The notes: a model not told the origin generated them from the letters alone. A stretch of 64,000 nt of DNA from Candidatus Woesebacteria bacterium (GCA_013426185.1 CP058602.1:546279-610278); one strand, 5' to 3'. Counted from the first letter of the stretch, positions 50,463-59,212 are shown. Made by a program: numbers and translations.

Positions 50463-51949
50463 AAGACCAAATCAAAAAAATACCAAGATGGCTAATTATT
50501 CTTCTTGTTCTAGTTTCGCTTTTAAGAATTCCAACACTTTTTATGCCTTATTCCTATGGAGACGAAACAATATACCTTACCTTAGGACAAGGAATAAGGC
50601 AAAATTTGACTCTTTATAAAGACATTCACGACAACAAACCTCCACTAATTTATCTTTTGGCAGCAGCAGCAGGTAATTTGGCTAGTTTCAAGGCAATTTT
50701 GGCTGTTTGGAATCTTTTAACTGTCTTCATCTTCTTTAAGCTAAGTGAGAATCTTTTCTCTAAAAATAAAGATATGGTTAAAGTGTCTACCATAATTTTT
50801 GCTCTTTTGACAAATCTCCCTCTTCTTGAAGGGAATATTGTTAACTCAGAAATCTTGATGATCGGGCCAATAATGCTTTCCTTCTTAATTGCCATATTAA
50901 AAGATAAGCCAAAATATCTTCTTCTTTCAGGTCTTATTTTTTCAATAGCAGTTCTTTTGAAAGCGCCGGCAATTTTTGACTTGCCTGCAATTATTTTTCT
51001 TTGGATTTTAAGCATTAAAAAAATAGACAATAAAGAAATTAAAAATATAATCAAAAAGACTTTTTATCTAAGTATTGGCGTCCTCACACCAATTTTTCTA
51101 ACCTTGATCTGGTATTTTGCTAAAGGAGGGCTTTCTGATTATATCAAGGCAGCCTTCCTGCAGAATGTTGGTTATCTCTCATCTTGGCGACCGGATACCA
51201 AAACTCTGCCTTTTTATATCAGAAATGCTCCGCTTTTAATTCGAGCTTCGGTTGTTCTTTCGGGCTTGATCTTAATTTATCTTACAAGAAAAAAAATAAA
51301 CAAAAATTTTGCCTTTATTTCAGGCTGGCTTCTTCTGTCACTTTTTGCCGCAACACTCTCTGAAAGGCCATATCCTCATTATCTAGTCCAAACAATACCC
51401 TCAATTTCTCTTCTTTTGGGGATAATTTTTGCCGGGAACGATCTTGCCCAATCTCTTGCTGTCATCCCTTTAACTCTTGCCTTCTTTGTACCTGTTTACT
51501 TCAAATTTTGGTATTATCCTAGTTTTCCTTTTTATAAAAACTTTATAAACCTTGCAACCGGTCAAATAACCAAAAGAGAATATCTCAATCATTTTGGGAA
51601 GGAGGTAGAAAGAAATTACACAATTGCTAAATTCATAAGAGAAACCACTAGTAAAAAAGACAGAATTTTTGTTTGGGGAGATGACGCCAAAGTTTACGCG
51701 CTGTCGCGAAGGTTGCCACCAATAAAATATGTCACAGATTACCATATCAAGGATTTCTGGAGCAAAGATGAAGCTCAAGAAAAAATAATTGCCTCAAGAC
51801 CAAAAATCGTTGTTATTTTTCCCAATTCAGAAAATCTCCCCAAACTTGAAAGCTGGCTTGAAGTAAATTATCTAAAAATAAACCTTCAAGAGATAAAGGA
51901 TGGGACAAGATTATACGTTCTTCCATCCACCAAAGTGGCATCTCTTTGA
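50444..51949 (+). CDS. GT-C membrane glycosyltransferase (ArnT-like), paralog.
   Basis: The 501-aa polytopic protein has YSYGDETIYLTLGQ in its first loop. It overlaps the previous GT-C gene by 19 nt. Confidence 0.55.
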   Translation: MAQEKMKDQIKKIPRWLIILLVLVSLLRIPTLFMPYSYGDETIYLTLGQGIRQNLTLYKDIHDNKPPLIYLLAAAAGNLASFKAILAVWNLLTVFIFFKLSENLFSKNKDMVKVSTIIFALLTNLPLLEGNIVNSEILMIGPIMLSFLIAILKDKPKYLLLSGLIFSIAVLLKAPAIFDLPAIIFLWILSIKKIDNKEIKNIIKKTFYLSIGVLTPIFLTLIWYFAKGGLSDYIKAAFLQNVGYLSSWRPDTKTLPFYIRNAPLLIRASVVLSGLILIYLTRKKINKNFAFISGWLLLSLFAATLSERPYPHYLVQTIPSISLLLGIIFAGNDLAQSLAVIPLTLAFFVPVYFKFWYYPSFPFYKNFINLATGQITKREYLNHFGKEVERNYTIAKFIRETTSKKDRIFVWGDDAKVYALSRRLPPIKYVTDYHIKDFWSKDEAQEKIIASRPKIVVIFPNSENLPKLESWLEVNYLKINLQEIKDGTRLYVLPSTKVASL

Positions 51950-52410
51950 TTTTTAAGCTAAAATCAAAGAACAAAATGACTGACCGCAAAGCCACTTTTT
52001 TAAAACAGTTTAAAAATCTTTCCTTTGCCAAAAAGGAAATAAATCTCCCACTTACAAATAATATCCCTATCCAAAAAGACAAGGAAATGGATACATTTAA
52101 AAAGATTTTTCTTGCCGTAATTTTTATCAATCTTGTTCTCATTGGAACAGTCGTTTTATTAAGGAAAAACCTTCCTCCTGAAGTACCGCTTCTTTATGGA
52201 ATGCCTGAAGGGGAAACACAACTGGTAAAGACAATTTTTCTTACTCTGCCTGCTTTCCTAATCATTTTTTTCTCTATCATCAACTTCTTGATTTCTATTT
52301 TTGTCAAAGAAAAATTTGCAAGACAGATTTTAATTTACTCTCTTTTCTTCTTGTCTTTCTTTTCTCTTGTCTCAATTGCCAAAATCATTTTTCTAGTTGG
52401 AAATATCTAA
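51946..52410 (+). CDS. Small polytopic membrane protein; a GtrA-like flippase role is speculative.
   Basis: 3-4 TM helices are predicted. It sits between the GT-C pair and the WecA-like gene with overlapping stop and start codons. Confidence 0.35.
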   Translation: MIFKLKSKNKMTDRKATFLKQFKNLSFAKKEINLPLTNNIPIQKDKEMDTFKKIFLAVIFINLVLIGTVVLLRKNLPPEVPLLYGMPEGETQLVKTIFLTLPAFLIIFFSIINFLISIFVKEKFARQILIYSLFFLSFFSLVSIAKIIFLVGNI

Positions 52411-53477
52411 TGAATAGAAATTTTATCGGCGCTTTTTTATTGCCTGCTTTAATTACCTGGCTTTTTACTCCCTTGGTAATTAAACTCGCATGGAAATTTA
52501 ATCTCATCGACGACCCCAAAAAAAATCGCCAACCGAAGACCATTCACACCTATCCTGTTCCAAGAGGTGGGGGACTTGCAATTTTTGTGGGAATTGCGAT
52601 TTCCACTTTTCTTTTTCTCCCTTTTGACAAATACTTAATTGCCATAATGTCAGGCGCCTTCTTTATTCTTCTTCTAGGACTTCTTGACGACAAATTTAAC
52701 CTCAATCCATATTTGAGAATAATCAGCCAACTTCTAATACTCACAATTCCTGTAGTCTCAGGTATCAGCATCAATTTCATCACCAACCCCAAAGGCGGAA
52801 TAATAAATCTTTCAGGACCTGAAGTTACTGCAAATTTTTTCGGTGACAAGTTTCAAATTCATATTTTAGGCAGTCTTCTTGCTATCTTTTGGGTTTTCGT
52901 GGTGATGAATATGGTAAATATGGGAGCAAAGGGAATTGATGGTCAACTTCCTGGCGTAATTGTTGTCGCGGCTCTAACCATCGCCGCCTTATCTCTAAAA
53001 TTTTCAGCTGATATCACCCAGTGGCCTGTTATTATTCTAGCTTTAATTACAGCCGGCGCCTATCTTGGTTTTCTACCCTGGAACTTCTATCCTCAAAAAA
53101 TAATGCCTTCCTATTCAGGTTCAACGTTGGGTGGATATCTTCTGGCTATTTTAGCCATTCTTTCAACTGCCAAAGTTGGCACCTTGATTGTTGTTCTTGG
53201 CGTTCCCATTATTGACACTATTTATGTTATCATAAGAAGAATAAGCCAAGGAAAATCACCTGTTTGGGGGGATAGAGGCCATCTTCACCACAGGCTCCTT
53301 GATTCCGGTTTTTCAAAAAGGCAAGTGGCTGTCTTTTATTGGCTGACGTCATTAATACTTGGCATCTTGGCACTTAATTTAAACAGCTCAAGCAAAATTT
53401 ATACTATAATTGGGATAGCCATATTTGTCGGAGGCTTAATCTTATGGACACAAAACAAACAAAAGGAAAAACTTTAG
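52410..53477 (+). CDS. Polyprenyl-phosphate N-acetylhexosamine-1-phosphate transferase (MraY/WecA family, GT4).
   Basis: DDKFNL and VNMVNMGAKGIDGQ match the NxxNxxDGxDGL motif. The C-terminal signature is VIIRRISQGKSPVWGDRGHLHH. Confidence 0.8.
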   Translation: MNRNFIGAFLLPALITWLFTPLVIKLAWKFNLIDDPKKNRQPKTIHTYPVPRGGGLAIFVGIAISTFLFLPFDKYLIAIMSGAFFILLLGLLDDKFNLNPYLRIISQLLILTIPVVSGISINFITNPKGGIINLSGPEVTANFFGDKFQIHILGSLLAIFWVFVVMNMVNMGAKGIDGQLPGVIVVAALTIAALSLKFSADITQWPVIILALITAGAYLGFLPWNFYPQKIMPSYSGSTLGGYLLAILAILSTAKVGTLIVVLGVPIIDTIYVIIRRISQGKSPVWGDRGHLHHRLLDSGFSKRQVAVFYWLTSLILGILALNLNSSSKIYTIIGIAIFVGGLILWTQNKQKEKL

Positions 53478-54406
53478 ATATCTTAATAAGTATGGTTTTG
53501 GTAGCAAGGCCTGTTCACTGGGTCAAGAATATTTCTGTCTTTGCTGCCTTAATCTTCTCAGGAACTCTTTTTGTTCCCTTCTACCTAAAAGAAAGCGCTT
53601 TTGCTTTTGTGGCTTTTTGTCTTGCCTCCTCAAGTGCCTATATTTTCAATGATATTATTGATAGAAACAAAGACAAATTGCATCCTTTCAAAAAAAACAG
53701 GCCGATTGCATCAGGCAGGCTGCCCATTGACATTGCCCTATCAGAAAGCTTGGCTTTAGCTTCATTGGCTGTTGTTTTTTCCTTTCGCTTAGATGATATT
53801 TTTACTTTAATCATCGTTTTTTATTTAGTCCTGCAGGTCCTCTACAGTCTTTGGCTTAAAAACTTAGCTGTTATTGACATTTTGGTTATTGCCACTGGCT
53901 TTATCTTACGAGTCTATGGAGGAGCTTTTGCCATCAACGCTCATCTTTCTGTCTGGTTTTTGCTTTGTGTAATTTCAGTATCGCTTTTTCTTGCTTCAGG
54001 AAAAAGAAAAGCTGAGCTAAATATTACAGAAGGGAAAGAAGCAAAAACAAGAAGCTCTCTTTCAAACTACCAAAGAGAACTTTTAAATTCCTATGTGACG
54101 ATGTTTGGCAACGCCGCCTGGATGAGCTGGTCGCTTTTTTCTTTTTTTGAATCACCAAAGGCTTCAACGCCGCTTTGGGTGTTCCTAGCCGAAATTTCAA
54201 AAACCATTACCGTCAATAAGCTTCTAATGACCACGATTCCTGTTGTTATCTTTGGTATTATGCGCTATCAAAGCTTAATTTTTGCCGGCAAAACTGAAAG
54301 GCCGGAAAAACTTATACTAACTGATACTGCCCTGGTTTTTGCTGTTTTGATTTGGACCGTAATGGTAATTTGGATACTTTATAGCGGAGCTGCTGTTTGG
54401 ATTTAA
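53444..54406 (+). CDS. UbiA-superfamily prenyltransferase resembling decaprenyl-phosphate phosphoribosyltransferase (DPPR synthase).
   Basis: The N-terminus ARPVHWVKNISVFAALIFSG is DPPR-synthase-like. The UbiA motif is YIFNDIIDRNKDKLHPFKKNRPIASG (NDxxDxxxD). Confidence 0.65.
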   Translation: MDTKQTKGKTLDILISMVLVARPVHWVKNISVFAALIFSGTLFVPFYLKESAFAFVAFCLASSSAYIFNDIIDRNKDKLHPFKKNRPIASGRLPIDIALSESLALASLAVVFSFRLDDIFTLIIVFYLVLQVLYSLWLKNLAVIDILVIATGFILRVYGGAFAINAHLSVWFLLCVISVSLFLASGKRKAELNITEGKEAKTRSSLSNYQRELLNSYVTMFGNAAWMSWSLFSFFESPKASTPLWVFLAEISKTITVNKLLMTTIPVVIFGIMRYQSLIFAGKTERPEKLILTDTALVFAVLIWTVMVIWILYSGAAVWI

Positions 54407-55218
54407 TTACCTTCAATCTTTTTAGTATATTGGCTTGGTATCCAACCTAAACTTACATCTTCTTTGCCAATTCTATACCACTCTTTATTTTCAGTTTCTT
54501 CAAGAACACTGTATTCCTCATCCTCCTTAACTTGGCCCACTTCGCTTGAAGATAAATCAGGCTTTTCCCTAACATTAAGCCCATCTTTTCCAACCTTTAC
54601 TATCTGGACCTTAAAATTAAGACTCTTTTGTACTGTTTGCTCCTGAGGTGGCACTGGAGCCAGTTTAAAAAAGGCTGTCAATTTGTATCCGGGGTAAGTC
54701 CTGATATTTACCTCTTTAGTCATAAAATCAAAAAGAGAAAGAGAAAGTTTATGCTCTCCCGAGTCAATAGAGCCAAGCTCCAAGGGGGTAAAGCCGCGCA
54801 CTTGATCATCTAGCTTAACTTGAGCTTTATCAGGATCAGATATTACCGAAATTACAGGATTTTTACCAACCACCTTCTCAAAAGAGACTAAAATTCCACT
54901 AGATTTCTCATCGCTTTCTGCAAGGTCCCTTTGCAAAACCGTCTTTACTTTCGCTACAAGCCTTACTCTTGTCTCATAAGAAGTAAGACGTGGGTCAAGA
55001 GGAGCTATCTTAATCAAGACTTCTTTTGGCTTTAAAGCAGCATCATAAGGAGTTTCGCCAACTTTAACGCCGTCTATAAAAACATCTGCCTTGGGATTTG
55101 AAACAACCAAAAGCCCGGCCTTGGGAGGAAAAAAATAGCCAATTAAGAAAAAGACAATAATAATTGTCAAAAAAACTGAAATTAAAATTGTAAAAATTAA
55201 TTTTATTTTTTTAATCAT
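54403..55218 (-). CDS. Membrane-anchored protein with PEGA-like and C-terminal SH3b domains.
   Basis: An N-terminal TM helix is present. The PEGA-like motif is LLVVSNPKADVFIDGVKVGETPYDAALKPKEVLIKIA. The SH3b-like C-terminus is LNVREKPDLSSSEVGQVKEDEEYSVLEETENKEWYRIG. Confidence 0.45.
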   Translation of the reverse strand: MIKKIKLIFTILISVFLTIIIVFFLIGYFFPPKAGLLVVSNPKADVFIDGVKVGETPYDAALKPKEVLIKIAPLDPRLTSYETRVRLVAKVKTVLQRDLAESDEKSSGILVSFEKVVGKNPVISVISDPDKAQVKLDDQVRGFTPLELGSIDSGEHKLSLSLFDFMTKEVNIRTYPGYKLTAFFKLAPVPPQEQTVQKSLNFKVQIVKVGKDGLNVREKPDLSSSEVGQVKEDEEYSVLEETENKEWYRIGKEDVSLGWIPSQYTKKIEGN

Positions 55219-55271
55219 TTTTTATTTTTAACACCCAAACTAGTTTAGCAGTTTAACAACTAAAGATCCTC

Positions 55272-55299
55272 TTGACAACACACTTCCCTATTTTATATT
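55272..55299 (+). promoter_or_regulatory. Sigma-70-type promoter of hsp20 (TTGACA-N16-TATATT).
   Basis: The plus strand reads cTTGACAacacacttccctatttTATATTatc. Confidence 0.6.
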
Positions 55300-55305
55300 A
55301 TCTTA

Positions 55306-55332
55306 TTAGCACTCAATAGTCTTGAGTGCTAG
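55306..55332 (+). promoter_or_regulatory. CIRCE operator upstream of hsp20.
   Basis: The plus strand reads TTAGCACTC-aatagtctt-GAGTGCTAg, with 1 mismatch to the consensus. It lies between the promoter and the RBS. Confidence 0.85.
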
Positions 55333-55350
55333 AGAAAGGGGGTGAGAAAG

Positions 55351-55752
55351 ATGGTAAACTTACTCGTCCGCGATCCTTTCCGAAATCTCTTTACTCTTCC
55401 CTCTTGGGACGAAGAGTGGGAAGAATTTCAGCCTCAAAGAGGTTTGAAGATTTATGCCACTGACAAAGATATCATCGCTGAGGCGGTGGTGGCAGGTGTT
55501 CCAGCCGAAAATATTGAAATCGAAATAGAAAATGGAGTTTTAACCATCAAGGCTGAAACCAAGGAAGAAAAGAAAACTAAAGGAGAATATCATGCTTCAA
55601 GCTTCAAATACTACTACACCACTGCCCTTTCAGGCGGTGACTGGCACAAAGCTAAGGCTGAAGTTAAAAACGGCATTGTAACAGTCACTATTCCCAAGAC
55701 TGAAGCGGCAAGGCCAAAGAAAATCACTGTCAAAGCAAAAGAAAGCAAATGA
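55351..55752 (+). CDS. Small heat-shock protein (Hsp20/alpha-crystallin family). The ATG at 55351 is preferred over the ORF-track GTG at 55342.
   Basis: The alpha-crystallin domain reads AVVAGVPAENIEIEIENGVLTIKAE...KNGIVTVTIPK. The RBS aaagggggtgag lies 4 nt upstream of the ATG. Confidence 0.85.
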   Translation: MVNLLVRDPFRNLFTLPSWDEEWEEFQPQRGLKIYATDKDIIAEAVVAGVPAENIEIEIENGVLTIKAETKEEKKTKGEYHASSFKYYYTTALSGGDWHKAKAEVKNGIVTVTIPKTEAARPKKITVKAKESK

Positions 55753-55758
55753 TTAAAA

Positions 55759-55788
55759 AAGCCGCCTTCAAAGGGCGGCTTTTTTTTG
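55759..55788 (+). terminator. Rho-independent terminator of hsp20.
   Basis: The plus strand reads aagccgcc-ttcaaag-ggcggctt followed by ttttttt. Confidence 0.75.
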
Positions 55789-55817
55789 TTAAGAAAAAAA
55801 GGTAAAATAACAAAGTC

Positions 55818-55889
55818 GGCACGATGGTGAAGTGGAAACACGGCTGTCTGCAAAACAGCTATGCGGGGGTTCGATTCCCCCTCGTGCCT
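55818..55889 (+). tRNA. tRNA-Cys (anticodon GCA).
   Basis: The acceptor stem GGCACGA/TCGTGCC has 7 bp. The anticodon stem gctgt/acagc flanks the loop cTGCAaa. The T-arm is ggggg-TTCGATT-ccccc. The discriminator is U and no CCA is encoded. Confidence 0.75.
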
Positions 55890-56043
55890 CAAATAAATAC
55901 TCTTTTTGACCCTTTACTTTTTCAACCATCTCCATGTAATTAACTTCGGGTAAAAAATGAATCACATTCCAAAAGCCGCATTATCGCGGATTTTATAAAA
56001 AGATCCTAAGGGGCTCTTTTTTTAAAGAAAGGGGGTGAGAAAA

Positions 56044-56199
56044 ATGAAAGAAAAAGCACCTCAAGTTAGAACCGGAAAGATCCTAACCCCTGATAAAAAA
56101 AGAGAATTTACTATTGTAGATAATGGTGAGAAATTTGAAAACAAAGGATCAATCCCCAATCACGACAAAGTAGAAATTATTTATCAAAAACAAAATTAA
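56044..56199 (+). CDS. Possible small protein (51 aa) with a 5' region duplicated from hsp20.
   Basis: The 17 nt gaaagggggtgagaaa, including the RBS, are identical to the hsp20 leader, and aaagatcct lies further upstream in both. The ATG at 56044 opens a 51-codon ORF, MKEKAPQVRTGKILTPDKKREF..., which is below the track cutoff. Confidence 0.3.
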   Translation: MKEKAPQVRTGKILTPDKKREFTIVDNGEKFENKGSIPNHDKVEIIYQKQN

Positions 56200-56284
56200 A
56201 AAAAATCAAACCGGCAAGATTTATCTTGTAACAAGTGGTCTTATTTTTTTCAAAAAAGACAAACTCCAAATTAATTCATCAATC

Positions 56285-56358
56285 CTATTATTTTATTACG
56301 AGTTAATTATTTCAACTCGTCAACTCGCCAATAAACAATAAATTAATAGATATTAACT
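56285..56358 (+). repeat. Intergenic repeat element, copy A (CGAGTT/AACTCG palindromic units plus an AATAAATTAATAGAT...TTAACT tail).
   Basis: Copy A reads ttattttattacgagttaattatttcaactcgtcaactcgccaataaacaataaattaatagatattaact. It is near-identical to copy C. A TTCACA-N17-TATAAT promoter for the next gene follows. Confidence 0.7.
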
Positions 56359-56458
56359 ATCCAACTTGCTAATAAATAATAACGAACTTGCCAATGACTA
56401 ATAATTAATAAAAAAATACTCTTCACATTCTTGCAATTATAGGGTATAATATATTTAT

Positions 56459-56674
56459 ATGAGTGCGGAAAGACCAAAAGGAGAAACAACAATTCCTTTA
56501 ACACCAGAACAAACTAAAGGAGTAGTCGAAAAAATCCTTGAAAAATGGGGTGGAGAAAATGGAATATGTCTTACTGAAAAAAGCTTGAAAGAGCTAATGG
56601 ATCAGCTTGGACCCAATACAACCGTACAGGAGGCGATTAAAATCTTAAAAGGAAAGGAAAAAACTTCGGATTAA
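56459..56674 (+). CDS. Hypothetical small protein, 71 aa.
   Basis: The ORF follows repeat copy A and its promoter. No domain was recognised. Confidence 0.4.
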   Translation: MSAERPKGETTIPLTPEQTKGVVEKILEKWGGENGICLTEKSLKELMDQLGPNTTVQEAIKILKGKEKTSD

Positions 56675-56684
56675 AAGCACCACC

Positions 56685-56797
56685 CTATTTTATTGCGAGT
56701 TAGTTTATTACGAGTTCATTATTACGAGTTATTTATTAAGAGTTATTTATTCCAACTCGCTACCTCGAAAATAAATAATAAATTAATAATCTTAACT
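56685..56797 (+). repeat. Intergenic repeat element, copy B (expanded: about 4 tandem TTATT(A/G)CGAGTT units).
   Basis: Copy B reads ttattgcgagttagt / ttattacgagttcatt / attacgagttattt / attaagagttattt, then ccaactcgctacctcg aaaataaataataaattaataatcttaact. A TTGAGA-N17-TAAAAT promoter follows. Confidence 0.7.
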
Positions 56798-56871
56798 CTC
56801 AAAAATAATTAATGACAAATAAAGGAAAGGTCTAAGTTGAGAAAATTAATCAATTGTTTTAAAATTCAGTT

Positions 56872-57675
56872 ATGACTATAATAGAAAAAGGCCTGAATAT
56901 AGCCCAAACTGTCGCTCACGGCGCCTCAAGAGACTACCCCTACAATCACTTAATCCGCCAGCGGCCAGAAAGTTATCGTATTTCAAATCCTGCTCCAGAA
57001 AATACATTAGACGACCTTCTCAGTGTTATAAATAAAGATGGCGCATCTCTTAAACCATTTAAATCTCAACTAGGGATCGATAAAACAGAAATTTTAAAGT
57101 TCTATGTCGCTTTCGCCGACCAACACCGTCTCCCATTTTCAGAAAATTTGACCCAGATTCTCAAACAAGCAGAAGAATTGGTAGGGACAATCGAACATAA
57201 ATTCAGAGAAAAAGGCCGCCCAATAACAATAACCGAACAATTAAATATTGCTCTTGAATTATTCAAAGGCGATCTTTCAAAAGCTTTAATTAACCTGGCT
57301 GTTGCAACAAGAGCTGTAGCGCGAGGATGCGATACTCGTCTTGTTCCTCAAATTCCAACACCACCATCAAGAATTCTCAACTGGCAAAAAGTGGCAGCTC
57401 CTTTCGGATTTAGCCCCCATGATGAGGACCCTGCTGGAGATACCTATCATTTCTGGGAGGCAATGGTTCTAGCAATTTCAGCTTGCGAAAGAGACGGATT
57501 ATATAACCGCTTTACAGGCACTATTGCTGAATTTATGGGGCGAATAACTCCTGAGGCAACAGAAATTTTACGCCATAAAATTTGTAGAAAAGAAGGAAAA
57601 ACACATCCTGAAGCAGACATTTTAGGATTCGAGATTGGTAAAGCTTTGGCTCTCATCCTCCCAACTTCACAATAA
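56872..57675 (+). CDS. Hypothetical protein, 267 aa, with noticeably GC-richer codon usage than its neighbours.
   Basis: The ORF has coding periodicity and is flanked by repeat copies B and C. No motif was recognised. Confidence 0.5.
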   Translation: MTIIEKGLNIAQTVAHGASRDYPYNHLIRQRPESYRISNPAPENTLDDLLSVINKDGASLKPFKSQLGIDKTEILKFYVAFADQHRLPFSENLTQILKQAEELVGTIEHKFREKGRPITITEQLNIALELFKGDLSKALINLAVATRAVARGCDTRLVPQIPTPPSRILNWQKVAAPFGFSPHDEDPAGDTYHFWEAMVLAISACERDGLYNRFTGTIAEFMGRITPEATEILRHKICRKEGKTHPEADILGFEIGKALALILPTSQ

Positions 57676-57698
57676 TTTTCTATAAAAGAAAATATTAC

Positions 57699-57794
57699 TT
57701 ATTATTTTATTTCGAGTTAAATTATTACGAGTTAATTATTACTACTCGTCAACTCGTCAATAATTAATAAACAATAAATTAATAGATGTTAACT
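57699..57794 (+). repeat. Intergenic repeat element, copy C.
   Basis: Copy C reads ttattattttatttcgagttaaattattacgagttaattattactactcgtcaactcgtcaataattaataaacaataaattaatagatgttaact. Confidence 0.7.
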
Positions 57795-57801
57795 CGCTAA
57801 C

Positions 57802-58437
57802 TTGTTAATAAAAAGAGAGTCAATAAATGATGAAAAAATACGAAAGATATTGTACAATCAACATATTATGACAGAGGGTCAAAGTGAAAACCCCATAGAA
57901 GAAAAACTTAGAAACTTGTCAATTACTGAGTTGTCGCAAGCAACAAATAATTTCTTGTCCCTTCTTAAAAATCATGACCATAGATATATACCTCAGGTTG
58001 CTAACAAGGAGGGATTGGTCCTAATAGCAAGACGCTATTTAGAAGAATATAGTCCGCTATTAAGAGAATGGGAAAGAAGACAAAACGAAAGAGAATACAG
58101 GCCAGATCTACACCAAAAGCTACAAGGACAAATCCCCGATGAAATACTAAACGAACTACGGGAATTAGAGAAAAGACAAGCAACTAGCCTTGACTGGAAA
58201 CCCCAAGAAGAGGGAAAACGTTTAATATTACTGCAAAAAATCAGAAGATCATATAATAACGGTATCCTAAAGATCCCTTATCCATGGCTTGATTTTTGTC
58301 TAGAAAACAAGGAACAAATAAAACAAATTGTAAGAGGATTAGAAAGAAAGCAATCAGGAGAAGGACTTACGGGAGAAGAAACTCTGATTCTAAATTTCCT
58401 TGAAAGAAGTGGGGTTGGAGAAATTCTAAAAGACTAA
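57802..58437 (+). CDS. Hypothetical protein. The track start is the TTG at 57802; the in-frame ATG at 57860 (MTEGQSENP...) may be the real start.
   Basis: The ORF immediately follows repeat copy C. The protein is charged and helical (RRYLEEYSPLLREWERRQNEREYRPDLHQKLQ). No domain was recognised. Confidence 0.45.
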   Translation: MLIKRESINDEKIRKILYNQHIMTEGQSENPIEEKLRNLSITELSQATNNFLSLLKNHDHRYIPQVANKEGLVLIARRYLEEYSPLLREWERRQNEREYRPDLHQKLQGQIPDEILNELRELEKRQATSLDWKPQEEGKRLILLQKIRRSYNNGILKIPYPWLDFCLENKEQIKQIVRGLERKQSGEGLTGEETLILNFLERSGVGEILKD

Positions 58438-58492
58438 AAAACAAGACTCTTAGACTTATAATACTTCTTTAACACGCCTTCCTAAAAGAACA

Positions 58493-59212
58493 TCAATCAT
58501 CCAACTCCTCAATCAACCTGCGACATCGGCAAAACTCGCAATTATCCCCTGCTTCAGGAATTATGTCTGAATCAAGACATTCCTTCATAGCAAAAATTGC
58601 TGGCTCAACCCAAGAAGTGTCGCCTTTATGAGAAATAATCTCAAGTTCAAACTCAAGTCTTCCATCAAACTTAGGCCTGTTTTTCCCAGCATTGGCATAG
58701 ACAAAATAAGCAATAGGCGAAACTGAAAAACCGCTTTTTAGGAAAATCCACTGATAAACTTCAACTTGCTTCTTAAACATCTGTTTATATTCATCTTCCA
58801 AAGATATTTCGTTTTCAGTTGATGTTGACTTATAGTCAACAATATGAAGCTCGCCCTTTTTGTTTATCCAAATATCATCCACTGCCCCAAAAATTAAAAA
58901 ATTAGTTTCTTTGTGATAAAACTCCTTGCCTTTGAAATTATTTCTCCAAATATCAAGCTCTTTATGCTTAAAAGGAACAGCCTCAATTTTATACTTTTTC
59001 ATCAATTCGTGCGGCTGTCCGCTTTCCCTAAGCAGATCAAATTCTTTCTTCAGAAGAGCGTCAACCGCTGAATTTAAAGAAAAAGCAGGCATTCCCGGAC
59101 GGCTAATTCCCTTTTTTCTGTCAAGCCAAAAGCCCAGCGGACACTCCAAAAACAAATCAATCTTGATTCGTGAGATTCTAAAAGGAAGATCCCCGTTCTT
59201 GTCGTAAATCAT
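58493..59212 (-). CDS. Cas4-like PD-(D/E)xK nuclease with a 4-Cys cluster (RecB/Cas4/DUF83 family), stand-alone.
   Basis: The N-terminal Cys is in IKIDLFLECPLGFWL. The nuclease core is GAVDDIWINKKGELHIVDYKST (D...E.K). The QhxxY motif is QVEVYQW. The C-terminal cysteines are CEFCRCRR. Confidence 0.7.
   Translation of the reverse strand: MIYDKNGDLPFRISRIKIDLFLECPLGFWLDRKKGISRPGMPAFSLNSAVDALLKKEFDLLRESGQPHELMKKYKIEAVPFKHKELDIWRNNFKGKEFYHKETNFLIFGAVDDIWINKKGELHIVDYKSTSTENEISLEDEYKQMFKKQVEVYQWIFLKSGFSVSPIAYFVYANAGKNRPKFDGRLEFELEIISHKGDTSWVEPAIFAMKECLDSDIIPEAGDNCEFCRCRRLIEELDD

Noticed and set aside
55614-55892. Minus-strand 92-aa ORF.
   Set aside because: It overlaps the hsp20 3' end, its terminator and the tRNA-Cys gene, so it is spurious.
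55900-56043. Integrase or att repeat adjacent to tRNA-Cys.
   Set aside because: No tyrosine- or serine-recombinase-like ORF lies anywhere in 55.9-64.0 kb, and no copy of the tRNA 3' end was spotted. The island call rests on gene content only.
56285-57794. The repeat elements as integron attC sites (inverted GTT/AAC cores flanking cassettes).
   Set aside because: The element order is CGAGTT first then AACTCG, which is a simple palindrome. The RYYYAAC...GTTRRRY arrangement of an attC bottom strand is not met. No intI integrase or attI is present. Each downstream gene has its own promoter.
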